DNA from: Obrimoposthia wandeli | Taxonomy: Eukaryota | DNA length: 64,000 nucleotides | Assembly: GCA_977020255.1 (NCBI GenBank) | Contig: CDROCS010001687.1 | Span: 62,001 to 126,000 of the forward strand | Reading direction: 5' to 3' | Part shown: piece by piece, positions 47,422 to 60,925 of the stretch | How the letters are laid out: each line of letters opens with the position of its first letter | Numbering within the stretch: the stretch's first letter is position 1 | The notes under the pieces: generated by a model | What the model was told of the DNA's origin: nothing | The model's input: the letters and a program-made list of their open reading frames with translations, nothing else | The model's database searches: none | Position numbers and translations under genes: made by a program

Positions 47422-49651
47422 GTAAATATTCATTGGTTTTCAATAACAACAACATTAATATATTTAATAAAACGCTAATATCAATTAAACATATAATTTG
47501 TTATTCAAACTGCTTTATGTTTTACAAGGTAATAATTTAGAAATGGTAAACTCTTCAACTGACTTCTGAATTTTACATTATTACAATTTTTTATTCATCT
47601 GTAGATTTTTTAAAAATTCGGAGCATAAATTTTAAATATTTGATCACTCTGTTTGTTATGTGATATATATTTTTAAACCAATTTAATTGATCATCGTTGC
47701 TTCTAAAATACACCTTATACCATGCTCGAGAAGATCGTATAAATATTTGAGCTTCTAATGGCTCTTTAATGAATTGAATTCAATCCTTTCCTTGATCAGG
47801 AGACAATGTAGCTTCATTAAGCGTTCACTTGCTCTAACCATTTTCTTTAATTTGAATATTATTCTGGCTGCTTTGTTAATTCATTTTAGTAAGTGATTTA
47901 ATTGATAAGCGAACCTCATTATCGGATGGAGACCATTCATTAGTTTAATGGGATTTCATTCGATATTTAGACAATCACGAGGAATTATATATAGTTTGTG
48001 TAATGTTACAAATCTAAAACTGAAAATTTGAATTAACCATGGGTCATTTAAGGTCAGTTTTTTGACATCATAAAACATTGGAGGGCGCATAATAAAATTT
48101 AACAATTCAACAACTTTATTTAAACTTTCTACAATCGATCTCTAAATCAATTTAACATTTTAAATTCTAAATTTAAAAAACTTTACTTTGGTAACATCCA
48201 CTCCAACCATAAATCCATAACTTTACAAAGATAAAATGACATTTTTAAAACAACCTTTTATATTTTTTAAAATTTTAACTTTTATATATATATTTAAAAT
48301 TTTTATATATATTAAACTGTTTTATATATATTAAACTTTTTTATATATTAAATAATAAGTCGATTCTAAACAGTCAGCCTCCAGCCACTGCCTCCGAAAA
48401 TAAAATTGTCGCTAAATAGGTGTTTAAAATTTTGTAAGGGATGAACTGATAATTTATTAATTTAGTTTTTATCAATTGAAAACAATTTAAGTTAAACTAA
48501 GACTTTTATTAAGATCTAGATAAACTGAAAATGTTACCCACATCCGCCATCAAAACTTTGTAATTAAAATATTGGTGGTGTTTATAAATTTGAAGCGAAT
48601 ACATAAAAATCACAAAATAGAAATTTGGATGTTTTAAAATAAATTCAAATTATGATAATAAAAATTTACTTCAAACTATCTGCTGTACAGCTGTGATCCC
48701 TCTCAATGCACGTTGTACGAAAATACGATTTCATGAAGAAAATATTATAAAATAGCTTTTAATAAATTGTATTGTATCGATTTGATTTCCTTATGCATTT
48801 TTTCAAAAAATCTTCTTCTAACATTTTTAAACAAATTTAATACAAAATAAACAAAATGCTTAGTGGCACATTTTTGGTAAGAAGAACTGACGATATGAGA
48901 TGAATTTGGTTAAACACTGGTATAAACCTGACTTTTTAAGATTTTATGATTATTGCGTAAAGCTAGCGTCACTGCTACCATAGACAATTTATTAGAACTA
49001 GCTTCCGCCGCTTGCCAAACAAACAGAGCTCTGTAAAAACTTTAAAATATAGCTTAAAGTATCATTATCAAATTGTGTACAAGATGCAATATTTTTAATC
49101 AAACTGCATCTGCTATTAATATATAAAAACAGTCTATGAGAAGGGATGTAATAATACCGGACTAATCGAACCATTTACTGACTTATGTATGTCGAAGTTT
49201 CTCTCGGGATAACCGGTATTTGGAGCTCAGTTGCAGCTGGTAAAGCGAATTAGTAGAAGTACTGCGGATCGAACGTCCTCATAATATTCTTAAACTTAAA
49301 AAAAACTCAACATGTGATTTAATACCAATGCCTATGAGGCCATTTCTGGTAAGCTGAACTGTCGACGATGTGAGATGAACCGTTAATTTAATACACGAAA
49401 GTGATGAAAACTGTATATATGTTTTAATTAAATCACAAAATAATAATGAAAATATTCGACATTTTTTAATTAGGCGTGTTTCATTGTAGCATTACATGAA
49501 AATTTATTATAGAATTTCTGGGAATTTTTCTTAACATAAATAGGGAGTTCTGTAATGTATATTATATGGAGCCAGTTAAAATTCCAATTAGTTGAGTAGT
49601 ATACCGTTTTTACATTAAAAAGGTCTCTGATAATCATATTTGCCATTTCAG

Positions 49652-49801
49652 GTTCAACATCAGTACCAAACAAAGCTGAAGCAAAAATTATCGCGTGTGC
49701 TAAATGCTCTCAGAATGCCATTTGTCAGTTAGAATCTAATGTGGGTTGCTGTCGCTGTAAATCAGGATTCCATGGCTCTGGATTGTCATGTATCCCCAAT
49801 A
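49652..49801 (+). CDS. EGF-like exon (block B' copy of 12521-12670)
   Basis: Same 150-nt phase 1-1 exon with intact AG and GT. Confidence 0.85.
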
Positions 49802-49895
49802 GTGAGAACTGTTCTATCAGTCATTATTTCAAATAACTAAAATATGTCAACTTGATAATAATTATTGTTCACAAAACACCATTGCGGTCGCACAG

Positions 49896-50616
49896 AACGT
49901 GAAGTTGAGAAGACATGGAAAGGCCAGCTGCTCCTGGAGGGCATGGATGCCTCTATGCAGTCAAGCTTCAACTATCGGATCTTGTACCGCCAGTATCCGA
50001 GTAGCAATGGGAAGATCCAGCATGCAGTGTTTCTGGAGCTCGGAAGTATCGGGCCACTGCCTGGCGCTAGCGGGCAACGACTGACTCACTTGCTGTTAGG
50101 ACTAACCCCGCTGTATGACGTGCCTGTGGTGTTGCTAGCACCGCGCACGGGAATGCTATCCAGATCTGCGGGTGTCATCACTGTGCGACTGCAGCTGCGT
50201 GTCGGCAGTCGCCACGATCTGCAGTTGCAGATGACCATGTGGGACGGCACAACGACACTGAGGGTGGCCTCAATGCCACCCTGGTCGGCGTTCCAGGCTG
50301 GTTAGCAGCAGAGTCAGTTCCGCTCGATGAGAGAGTGCTTGAGCAGTTCCAAATGCGCCCCCAGTACTCGGTGTCATACACGGTGCAGGGTCAGGCGTTG
50401 AGTTCCCGTACGGTGAGAATGTTGGGAGAGGAGTGCAGAGTGTCAGTTTCATTGGTGAGGCACAGCTGAGCGAGTGCAGTGAGCTGCAAGCTCCGCAACG
50501 GCTGAGAGTGCGCCCACAGGAAAGCATGCTCGAGTGCAACAACCGGTGCAATGCAAATGGCAGCATTTGTCACCCTTATTGTCAGAGCTCACCGGAGGAT
50601 GTCCGTGTTAAGTTCA
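49896..50616 (+). pseudogene. Frameshifted copy of the G2F-like exon
   Basis: 721 nt vs 723 nt; single-base losses at ~50247 (ggcac vs ggtgac) and ~50393 (tcaggcg vs tcggagcg). Confidence 0.8.
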
Positions 50617-52289
50617 GTGAGTGTGATCTCCCGTCTGTTAAGATAAATATTCGACCAAATCCAATTACCCATTCACAACTATTAGTTTATCGTGAGAAAT
50701 CATGAGCCACGATAGTTCAGGTGGTCCAATGCATATAAGTAGTGAGACCTGCAGTTAAATTTCCATTCGTAACGACTAACTTTCTCCCGGATCTAATACA
50801 AACAAGCCTGACTGACACTATAAGACTGACCAGAACCTCTTTAACAGGGACAGTTTCTCCAGATTGAGATTATTTTGATATTATGCTTGTCTGGAGTCAA
50901 AATAATAGTTTTTCAATTTAAACCAATGATGCCCAACATGGTCTATGTGAATCACTTGTAGTTCACACAGATTTTCGACTGGTTCATAGCTATATTTATA
51001 TAATGAAAGAATATTTATAAAATTATATTTCTCCCAAATTATAAGGAGTTTAATTAAACATTTATTTTATTAAATATAAACTTTTAAATTTAATGTTCTT
51101 GGATTTTAATTCAAAAATATATTAAATAGTAAAAAATAAAATTATTCCTTATTTCTTTTCAATCTCGTTTAAATATTTGTTTTCATAATGAATGTTACGT
51201 ACTATTTTTGGTAAATTTTGGATTTTTTTGTATCTTATTTGTTATCCACGGTTTATAAAAGAGAAAAACTGATTTAAATGACAAATATGGACTGAAAAAT
51301 TGAAAAAAAAATGTCTACATCTCTTATACAATTAATTTATTATAACTACTATCATTACGCAAACTTTTTTGTGAAGTCACTTTCCTTGTTAAAAACTGGC
51401 AATACATATTGAATACATAATATAATTTTGTAACTTTGAGTCTTTGCTTGATTGGATGTTGTGTAAGTTCCTACATGTTTGAAGTCCTGATGTTTATGTA
51501 ATGACTGAAGATTTTTGATCGAACACAATAAATAGCAGTGTATACTGTATTAATGCGCATATTTTGACGCCACTTCTTCAATTTAGTTCTTCGAACATCA
51601 CATTTCTCTCCTACATGTTTTTGTGAATGCTAACCCACTTTATATGCGTAAATTTAATTCGGCTGGAATAAAAATTATCATCACATAAAATTTTTGTAAC
51701 ATTTTCTATTGAGATTTTATTATAAATTAAATATGATAAATTTAAGCTTGGTGGGTTTTTCAACGATTGTTTGTGGGTTATCACATTTAGCCCCAAGCAA
51801 GAATATTTTGCAACCTGCTTTGAGCACTTTCGTTTACAGAAATTTGTCTTTTGAACATCGAGTCTATTGTATTATTCTGCCATTGAGAGAAGTTCTTCAG
51901 ATTCAAAAAATATGATCGGCATGTTGACATGTAGATAAGATAAGATAAGAAAACTTGTCCCTACATCAATCCCACTAACCTGTATGCCTCTCTATACCTC
52001 TTCATTTCTCCACAGAGGTATGTGAAACCCGGTAAAGAAACACTGATATAACAGTTTACAGTTTTAATACAAAATCATCAAATGCATCAATTTTATGAGT
52101 ACAATCAAATGTACTTAAACATTCCTTCAATAAAAGTAAATTATTTTAAAATGACACTAAACAAACGTGGATCTCAGTTGAAATATTTAAAATCAGTCAT
52201 GACATAGAATGAAAATGTCTGTCAGTAGACAATGCACCAAAAACAACTTAAATATACAATACATTTAGAAGCTTTGATTAGAAGTTTTT

Positions 52290-52790
52290 TTTTTATTTGA
52301 ATCCCGGCTGAATCTCGGCTGGAAAAGATGACGTGCTTGAAGATGGTGGTATTGATGGCGATGGTGAAGTACTTGATTGTAGACGGAATGGTACAGCGAT
52401 ATGCACTGTATTTGGAAGATTGATGATACAGGCAGTCACCGTCTTTCTGGTCGGAGTCGGGACGATGATGATAATTAACAAGCTGATGCTATTGTAGCTG
52501 TCTCTGTTTCTGCAGTTGCTTCTTATATAAAAGAGGCATTAGTTGGCGTTGGTATTGAGGTATGGAGGTATTGTTGCAGTTGAAGTATTGTTGAAAAGCT
52601 AGAAGTAGATGAGGTTGTTGGATGATGCTGGAAATGCTGCTGAGCTGGAAGTAATTTATTGTGGGATTGGTAGAGGTGGCTTCTGACACCAATTTGTCGT
52701 AGAAGGGCGTTCGTTGATTTTGAGAACTAGTGGGATCGACAAAGGCAATTGAGTAGAATTTAGAAGTCATTTTAGGTTAACGATTTATTT
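52290..52790 (-). mobile_element. Possible Ty3/gypsy gag relic
   Basis: Minus frame DGDCLYHQSSKYSAYRCTIPS resembles the gypsy gag C-x-Y-H..A..C..P-C knuckle; it starts exactly at the block B' breakpoint. Confidence 0.4.
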
Positions 52791-53829
52791 GTATTCCAAT
52801 CAATTTACATTTATCCTTAAGAACTTGCATCACAACAAGTACAACAAAAATAATAAGAAACTCGCATAGAAAATATGTAACATGCATTGCCACAATATAA
52901 ATATATATAATTATATCAATGCTATACATACAGTAGTGCTGATTATTGAAATATGGAATTGAGTTTATACACTGTTAATTGTAATATGTTAATTTCACGT
53001 CATTTAAATTATCCATATTGTCTGTATTCCAGAAAATGGCAAGTAGCATTTTAAAATATTCAAGAAAATTAGATATCTTTATAGTCCTGGCCAAGTACAT
53101 GTTAGGGTTAGGAAAATGAAGAATTAAAGCATTTTAAAAAATGATATAAAAAGAGTGTTTAATTAAATCTGAAATAGAGAAAATTAAACTGAGTTGACCT
53201 CTGAAACGATTATTAATAGAGTCACCCGAGGCATTGGACAAACGTATGTGGGTCTATTTGATTTACCTGAGGTATAACACGAACGAATTTATGGCGGTGT
53301 GTCCAAAAATTAAGGTGCCGAGTAAATGAGCAATTCCGTAAGTCTGAAAAACTGCTATTATCTGTTTCGCTGAAACAAAAGTGGTGGAAACAAAAGCAAA
53401 AAAGTCCTTTACAATTTTGTCTTATATATCAAAGAACAATTGCAATCGTAGCTTTTCAAGAGTCAATTTTGCTACGAAAATTTGAAATTGAAACTTGGAT
53501 AACAAAATTGAACTTGAAACGTGAGACCACATTTTTAAATCCATTTTCAAATTCCTGCCTATAATTATTCCATTCTCTAAATTTCCCTAAATTTCCCTCT
53601 TGAATTATTTTAACTTAAACTCAAGGTTCGGAACCGTTTTAACAAAAATAATTTACCACCCATGAGTATAATCATATTTATTTGAATTTTTATATATGAC
53701 AATTTGAACCTGTAATAAACTACATTGTACTAACTTTGTTATAAACATTTTATCTTTAAAGTTTTCCTTATAAAAATGGATAAAAACTGGAACTTCGAAG
53801 TATTTGATGTGGAATAGCGTACAGTGATT

Positions 53830-56800
53830 GTAATTCTGTTTGGTAGGCACATAGTGCCATTGACTACATCTTATACTTCGTTGAATATTAGCTACTCTAT
53901 TTGCTACAAATGTTTTAAATAACCTATTGTGTTGTTGTATCCAATTAAGTGTAGTCATACTATCACTCCAAAATTTTATTTCACTTATCTCGATATCTAG
54001 GACCTTGGCCATCTTCTTTCCCAAATCTAAACCGACACATGCTGCCATCAACTCTAATATAGGTAAACATACTGAAGATATCGAACCACTCTGGCTTTTA
54101 CCATTACCAGTGTGTTACATACCTCACCTTTTCATCATTCACACGCATACATAACAACCCCATAGGCCTTCATTGAAGCATCCACAAAAACATGATAATC
54201 CATCACAGTCGTCTCTGTCTTTAAACATCGCATCATTCGAACTTCATCGACAAAATGACACTCATTAATCCAACTGGTAATTGATGCTATCGCTCATCTT
54301 CCAATTCTTTATCCCAACCCGCTGAATTCAACCATATATCTTGCATGATCATTTTCCCTCAAATTGTGAATGCACTATCATTACTAACGGATCATAAATT
54401 CTCACTATCAGACTAAGAAAGGTTCTTTTTGTAACTCAATCCAACTTCATTTCTTTAACATCATATTTAAAAACATCCTTCCGTGCATCCCATTTTACTC
54501 CTAAGGTTTTTGTTTCCACCTTTTTTAGTTTCTTTTATCTTCCATTCAGTCGCCCTTTCATCACTTGGTACTGTTTTCATCAATTCTTGACAATTACTCA
54601 GCCATTTTCTAGCACTCATTCATGCTGCTGCCCATAATTTTTGTAGTTCCCACCGTAGTTTTATCCCTTGATCAACGGTAGCTACAGTAACAATGCTATC
54701 ATTCTCGGGCACTTCTCTAGAATTTTTCTAGCGTTTTCTTGAGTAATTAATTGTTCCAAGTATGGTGATGCATTTAATCCAAACACCAGTCTTTTAAACT
54801 CAAATTCACGTAACCCACGGTCTTTCCACCACAAAAAAACAGGTATCTTTTATCCTCCATATACACTTTTATTTGGAGATACATTTCCCGAATATCACAT
54901 ATTAATACAATCCGATTTTTTTTGAAATCGTGTCAAGATCGTCACTAGATCACCCTGTAGCTTTGGTTCTCCTTCAATCGCATCATTCAGACTCAACTCC
55001 CGCACTTTGACAGCAGCCTCAAAAACAATTCGAACTTTTGTCGTGGTCTTATTGCGACGTATAACTGGAAAATGTGGCAATAACCACTTGGTCTCATTTT
55101 CCTTTGATTTCGAAATCATCGTCACATAACCCTTGTCTATATGATCATCTATAACTTGGCTATATTCCATCTTTAATTTAGAGTAACGTGCAAATTTCCA
55201 ATTCAAACTCTCCAATCGACTTTTACCATCTCTTTACTTTTGCATAACTCTTCTTTCACAGGTTTCTTCGGTATCCTCACCTGGTACTTGTCGCCTTTAT
55301 ATCGTGTGTTTTGTTTTATGGGTCAGTCTTTCATCTTCGATTGATAGTATCGTTTCATTCATACATTCCTCAATAACGCAAACGTTTTGGGGCGTCTTGT
55401 TTAATTGTTCGTCTTGTGCCAGATACGTTGTTGCGAAATTCATTGTATTTCCTCCACTACCATCTATCATTCCCATGCATGTCTAACCCAGCGGTGTCAG
55501 CAAGCCACCGGATTTCCATCTCTTACAGCAACTTCTCTAATCACTCTATGTGCTCTCATGCAATCTGCACCTATCAAGACATCAACGTATCACGATCTCC
55601 GCCCTATTTGTGGGAATTGTATCTTCCTGTGACATTATTCCACTCGCATACTGTCAAGTCACAATTTACGTTATTTACAGTTAAAGCATCTAATATTAAA
55701 CTTTCTTTACTGTCCTCACTTTTAACCTTCACTTTGGAAAAATCGGAAATATAGTAGTTTCTCTTCTTTTTCTCCCCTAGAATTTTCAATATATACATCG
55801 AATTTACTGTTCGTATTCTCGTACGTTTCCACTAAATGTAAGTACTGCCAATTTCTTCAACCTGTTTAGGCATATGGCATCGTCTGTGCTTTTTCTATTT
55901 CTTCACTATCAAATTATCTTTTGGAACTTGTTATTGATGGTACCTTACACAACAGGATACTTATCTCTTCGTATTTCCTTTCTATCTCCGCCAAATCCCT
56001 TTCCAATTCCACCACCTTTTCTCCTTGTTCGTTCTCCACACACCAATCAACCATTTTCAAAATTTCTTCTATAACCTCCATATACGCGCCTTTATAGTGC
56101 TCTCTTCTTTCTTTTACTTCTGTGGTATCTGGGTCTTCCAACACTTTGTTCCTTAATTTAGTCAACTGACCCTTGATTACTCGCGTTCTTGTCATCTTCT
56201 CCCTTAACTCCTCGTCACCTGACCCTCCCCACATTCGTAACTTGATATAGATCACAGTTAATTACAGAATTCTGTTTATTTTACAGAATTCCTTCGGTAT
56301 TCTAGCATCTGCCTGCTTCATTTCCACTCCATTGACCTGTAGTCAGAACTGATCTTTCTTGATCCTCCATTTCACTCTTATCTGCTTTAACAGTTCTTCA
56401 TGTAACATCTTCATATATCTACAAACTGCCCTCCTTTTCTCCCCAACCTAAAACGCTCACATTTATTTTTTCACATTTATTTATATCCCTGTTAACAGAC
56501 CTTATTATTAAAGGTTTTTTTACGTGGTTTACCCCTTCCACGATAGTTGCACATATAGATGTTTAACGTGGTTTTTCATTTCCACGACGATTGGCCATCT
56601 AAGTTTTTTAACGTGGTTTTTCATTTCCACTGTACAATCACTTTGTTTTTTAAAGTGGTTGTCATCCACCTAAACAATTAGATTTTAATAATTTCCTGAT
56701 TATCAGGAGTGGGGTTTTGTCATCGCAGATGACACCCAACCACGCTCTGATATCATATTTAGAACGAAAAGCAGTGGGCATATTAGAAAGAATTAAAAAT

Positions 56801-57106
56801 CCAATTCAATCGATTTATTTTTAAATTCAAATTGATAACGACATCAACATCCTCATCTCCCCACAGCAGTCAATCAAAACCTACCCTCAACAACAATCAC
56901 ACAACAAGTCCCACCACTACACATCACCGCAATCCTCAAAACTCACACAATATGTCACAAAAATGGCACAATCGACATATATTAACTAGTGAGCACTTAT
57001 CTAGTCACCAACGCGCAACTTCGCCCGCATTGGCGAACTATCAACCCACAATCAGGCGGTTGCCAACCGTAGGCCACTTGACGTCATCGCTTATGAAGTC
57101 ACAACA
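53830..57106 (-). mobile_element. BEL/Pao LTR retrotransposon, 3'-truncated and decayed (5' LTR ~56756-57106, PBS, gag, RT, RNase H)
   Basis: RT WLLPHFPVIRRNKTTTKVRIVFEAA..SLNDAI; RNase H FWSDSMTTLNWI..FKTFVANRVANIQ..WHYVPTKQN; minus-strand LTR start TGTTGTGAC at 57106; tRNA-iMet-like PBS at 56738-56755. Confidence 0.85.
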
Positions 57107-57718
57107 CTAGTAAAATCTTGAGACCTGGTTATCAGTAACCTTAGTTTGAATAAAAACATAGATTTTAATTATTCAGAAAGTCCCTGTCTATTAAGATAAA
57201 ATGCTTAATTATGATTATACATGTACATTGAAGGCACCAGCATCGTACAAAAAATAAGTGTTCAACGAATACATTCAATTAAAAGGTTGTGGCCAATATC
57301 TATCCTAGATGTCAAATTTTATTGCATTGATTGCTTCAAATTTTGTTGAACATTACTTTTGCGTTTTAATGTTTGTTTTGAATTTTTCATGATTTGTTTT
57401 TGTCCCAAATAAAAAGAGATTTTGACATTTCTTTTTAGGATCTATTTAGGATTTTTAAAATGTGTAATTTTTGGACGCCATACCTAGAATTTTAATGTAC
57501 TCCTCATGCACTGCCTGTAATATTGGCTTAGTGCTGGCACTATATACATGTTTTCTATGTTTGAAGAATATTTTGGGTTATGAAATAAAGGCGAAAAAAT
57601 ACAGTAACAAAAGTAAATTTCAATTGGTTAATATAAATTTTTTAAATTTAGTCAATTTTACTTTTTTAACTTTTTCAAAAAATTCTATATCACAATACAA
57701 ATCATAATTTTCACACAG

Positions 57719-57970
57719 ATAAGCTGTGTCTGATGTCCTGTGCACCAGCAGCCGTCTGTATTGATGGCACTTGTGTTGTCGACCTGGCTACTCCGGAGAC
57801 GTGGACACAAAGCTGCTCTTCAAAATCAACAAGCAGTTAGAGTGCAATATCGATTCTGACTGTACTAAATTCTCAGTTACTCCGGTGTGAATAGACGTCA
57901 ATGTCAGGTTGTGCAATTGACTATCCAGTTAAAAAGAACGGCCAGTGTGTTCACCCAAAATTTTGCAGAT
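57719..57970 (+). pseudogene. Frameshifted EGF/EB-like exon
   Basis: cacag|at aag ctg tgt: DKLCLMSCAPAAVCIDGTCV(fs)CRPGYSGD..ECNIDSDC..GQCV. Confidence 0.6.
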
Positions 57971-58071
57971 TAAATATTGAACAAGTTCGTCATTTTGATT
58001 TATCACTTACAAATATCAGTAGTATAAAGAGCTCTAAATTTAATAAAAAATTAACTTTAAATCTTCATCAG

Positions 58072-58429
58072 AGAAACAGTTGTAGCCATAATGTCACAAG
58101 TATGCCTCTGTGTCCAGGCCTGCTGGCTGCGTTTGCAATGCACGCTATCTAGGTAACGGTCTTCAGTGCTGGGTCAATTGCAGCAATGCCATGATACTTT
58201 GTCCGATTCTGCAATTCCGATCAGGGTTGTACGTGTCCTCCTGGATTACCGTGGAGACGGAGTATCGTGCACAGAAGACAAGTGTGGCGGTAAATGTCCG
58301 ACCAGATCCCGATGTCAGAACACTGGAAGGATATTCGGTGTGTTTGTGAGAATGAATTCAAGAAAATGACGCCAAACGGAGACTGTGTCGATCTTAAGAC
58401 TGTTGTTGAAGTCGATATAATACCACCAG
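58072..58429 (+). pseudogene. Tandem EGF-like exon with frameshifts
   Basis: GCVCNARYLGNGLQC, YRGDGVSCTEDKCGGKCPTRSRCQN; catcag| acceptor and ccaccag|gtaag donor. Confidence 0.7.
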
Positions 58430-58621
58430 GTAAGACAATAAGATATATTTGAAATGCATTAGTTAATAGATGGCTGCCTTCCAACGAATCATTGAACTCT
58501 TAAAACAAAATTAGTAGCGTTATTTCTATGTTATAAAAGGAACCATCATTCAGCCATCATTTGTGCAAGTTATATGTTCGAGAAACGCATAATGTTTAAT
58601 ATAAACTACGCTGGTGAGCAG

Positions 58622-58903
58622 GAAAGGAGGTGGTTGTGCAGCTGGGCAACGATGTTCAGCTGATGTGTTTCACCACTCACGAGGCCTGGGTGAAGTGGGT
58701 GATAGCCCAATCAGGAGCAGCATGCGGCAGGGGTCAACAGCCGTTACGACTCCCAAAACAAGGCCGTCACTCTCAACATCTCCGAAGCCAAGGTCAGTGA
58801 CTCGGGAATCTACGAATGTCAGGCCTTCCTCTTCGACACAAAAAGCACCGATACTCAATCTGCTCCAAATGCTGTGAAGAGTATACTTGTATCTGTCATT
58901 TCA
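58622..58903 (+). pseudogene. Immunoglobulin-like domain exon with a frameshift
   Basis: VVVQLGNDVQLMC..WVKW, then (fs) VTLNISEAKVSDSGIYECQA (D-x-G-x-Y-x-C motif); gagcag| acceptor and |gtgagt donor. Confidence 0.75.
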
Positions 58904-60029
58904 GTGAGTTCGTACAACTATTTACACATAGATCGTATCACTTGAAGTTTCTTTAATATGTTTTCTGCAAAATTTGAAACACAATTTCTTAAAATCTATG
59001 GTAAATTAATCTCATATTACTTTTTTTTTCATCGATCTTTTAATAATTTTCAGATAATTATAACTAATTATTAAACGTGGTCTTTTCTCAAAACAAACTT
59101 TTTTCTGTCTTGTTCACTGCCTCTCAGGTTCAGATTAAAATGATTTAACAGTGTCTACAAATTTTTTATCTTGCCGTTCCTTGAATGTACTTTGACATAC
59201 TACTCGAAGAAAATTTTAAGCGTTATAATTTTCAACTAAACTATTCAAACTAGATATGTTAATTTTAATTTTAATGACTATGAAGTCATATTTTTAAAAA
59301 TTATATCATGACCATACAACATTCATATCAAAAAGATTTATCTAATAAGAATACCTAATGAGATGACTACAATGCTCAGATTTGGTTTTAACATTTCTTC
59401 ACTGTTTATTATTCTAGCGTATAAATAAAATCACTGCTTAAACATTAAACAAAGCCACCAGTATATTTAAATTAAAGAAAAAGTATAAATGAAGACTTAA
59501 TGGAGCTCTAATGCCAGAAATTAATTCAATATCCCACTGATTATCACAAGTGTATTGTCTTACAAAAGCGTAAATATTTACATGATCTTCTCGAGTCTGG
59601 AACAGTTAAGGTATAAAAGCATTTAGGAGTAACGATGTTCAATACAGATTGGTTAAGAAATTCTCAAATAACAAAACAGAGTGAAGGAATATTAGAAATT
59701 TATGTTTCAAATCTATACAACTGTCTACCGATGAATATAAGAAACAGTTTTTTGAAAAATTCATCAAGCATCTGAAGACTTTACTATTCAGAAAATATTA
59801 TGAAGGATAATGGAAAACAAGATGTACTTTTAAGTAATAAATCGTGGATTTATTATATATTAGCAATGTTATTATTTGCTATTTATTTCTAATAAATATT
59901 TCTATAAAACACATTTTACTTCTATTAGGTATTTTTTATTTAACTTGGCGAAAACGACAAAACTGAAGCATTAGTTTGAAAAGTTTCTGGAGAATTATTA
60001 GCATAAAATGTCTATATTGCAATTTATGT

Positions 60030-60410
60030 ATTGTGGGAAAAATCACTACTGTGTACAGACCCAGAATTGTGGAGGAAACTGTCGAACTAGTGAGTACGAA
60101 GTCTGCAATCGAAATTGGCAAGTGCTCGTGTGCAGGATTCCTGCGCCATCGAGTATTGGGTCGGTGCTCATTCGACTGTGACCGGTGTGACTCAGTCTCA
60201 ACCGAGTGTCGGCGGGAGGGTTGCATGTGCCGGGTCGGGTTTGGTCTACTGTTAGCTATGTCCAGTGGCAAAGGTGCAGTGCAGTGTTGGTTTCGCTGTC
60301 GATATTCCGGTGCTACACCAATGAACAGTGTCAGCCCAGTGGTGTCTGTCAGTGTCAAGGTCACCGTGAGCCTGGCTCTGGCTCTGCAGTTACTAGGCCT
60401 TGTCTTCTCG
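60030..60410 (+). pseudogene. Cys-rich EB/EGF-like exon with frameshifts
   Basis: GKCSCAGF..GRCSFDCDRCDSVSTECRREGCMCRVGF and CYTNEQCQPSGVCQCQG lie in different frames; GT at 60411. Confidence 0.55.
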
Positions 60411-60595
60411 GTATTAGTGAGGCCTATTTCGTGTGTTTCCTAAATTGTCGACGGTTAAGAAATAATCTGACACAGTATTCAGTATAAATAAAATTGAATG
60501 TTCATTAAGCCATTTATCTTATGATATGGTACTTACAAATATCAGTAGTATAAAGAGCTCCTAATTAATATTAAAATTAACAAAATCTTCATCAG

Positions 60596-60925
60596 AAACA
60601 GTTGTAGCCAATGTCACAAGTATGCCTCCTGTGTCCAAGATCACTGCGTTTTGCCATTGCGCGCTATCTGGGCTAGAGTCCTTCAGTGCTGGGTCAATTG
60701 CAGCACGTGCTATGATGCCCGATTCTACAAGTTCGATCAGGGTTGTACGTGTCTCCTGGTTACCGTGGAGACGGAGTATGTTGCATAGAAGACAAGTGTG
60801 GCGGTAAATGTCCGGCCAGATCTCAATGCCTGATTTACAGCGGGATATTCGAGTGTGTTGTGAAAATGGACTAAAGAACTGTATTAATCTCAAAGCCAAC
60901 TATCGTCCCATTTTTATACCACCAG
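60596..60925 (+). pseudogene. Diverged local duplicate of exon 58072-58429
   Basis: Shares the upstream intron text acttacaaatatcagtagtataaagagctc, exon blocks such as agaagacaagtgtggcggtaaatgtcc, and the donor ataccaccag|gtaag. Confidence 0.8.

Larger units (their letters stand above)
48058..52286 (+). repeat. Segmental duplication block B'
   Basis: See block B. Confidence 0.95.

Noticed and set aside
52285-52300. Poly(A) tail of a retrocopy or LINE on the minus strand (AAATAAAAAAAAAA)
   Set aside because: No TSD or LINE ORF; the adjoining sequence looks more like gypsy gag, and A-runs are common here.
59400-59830. Coding-like AT-rich stretch between the Ig and EB exons
   Set aside because: Stops in all frames and no recognisable motif.
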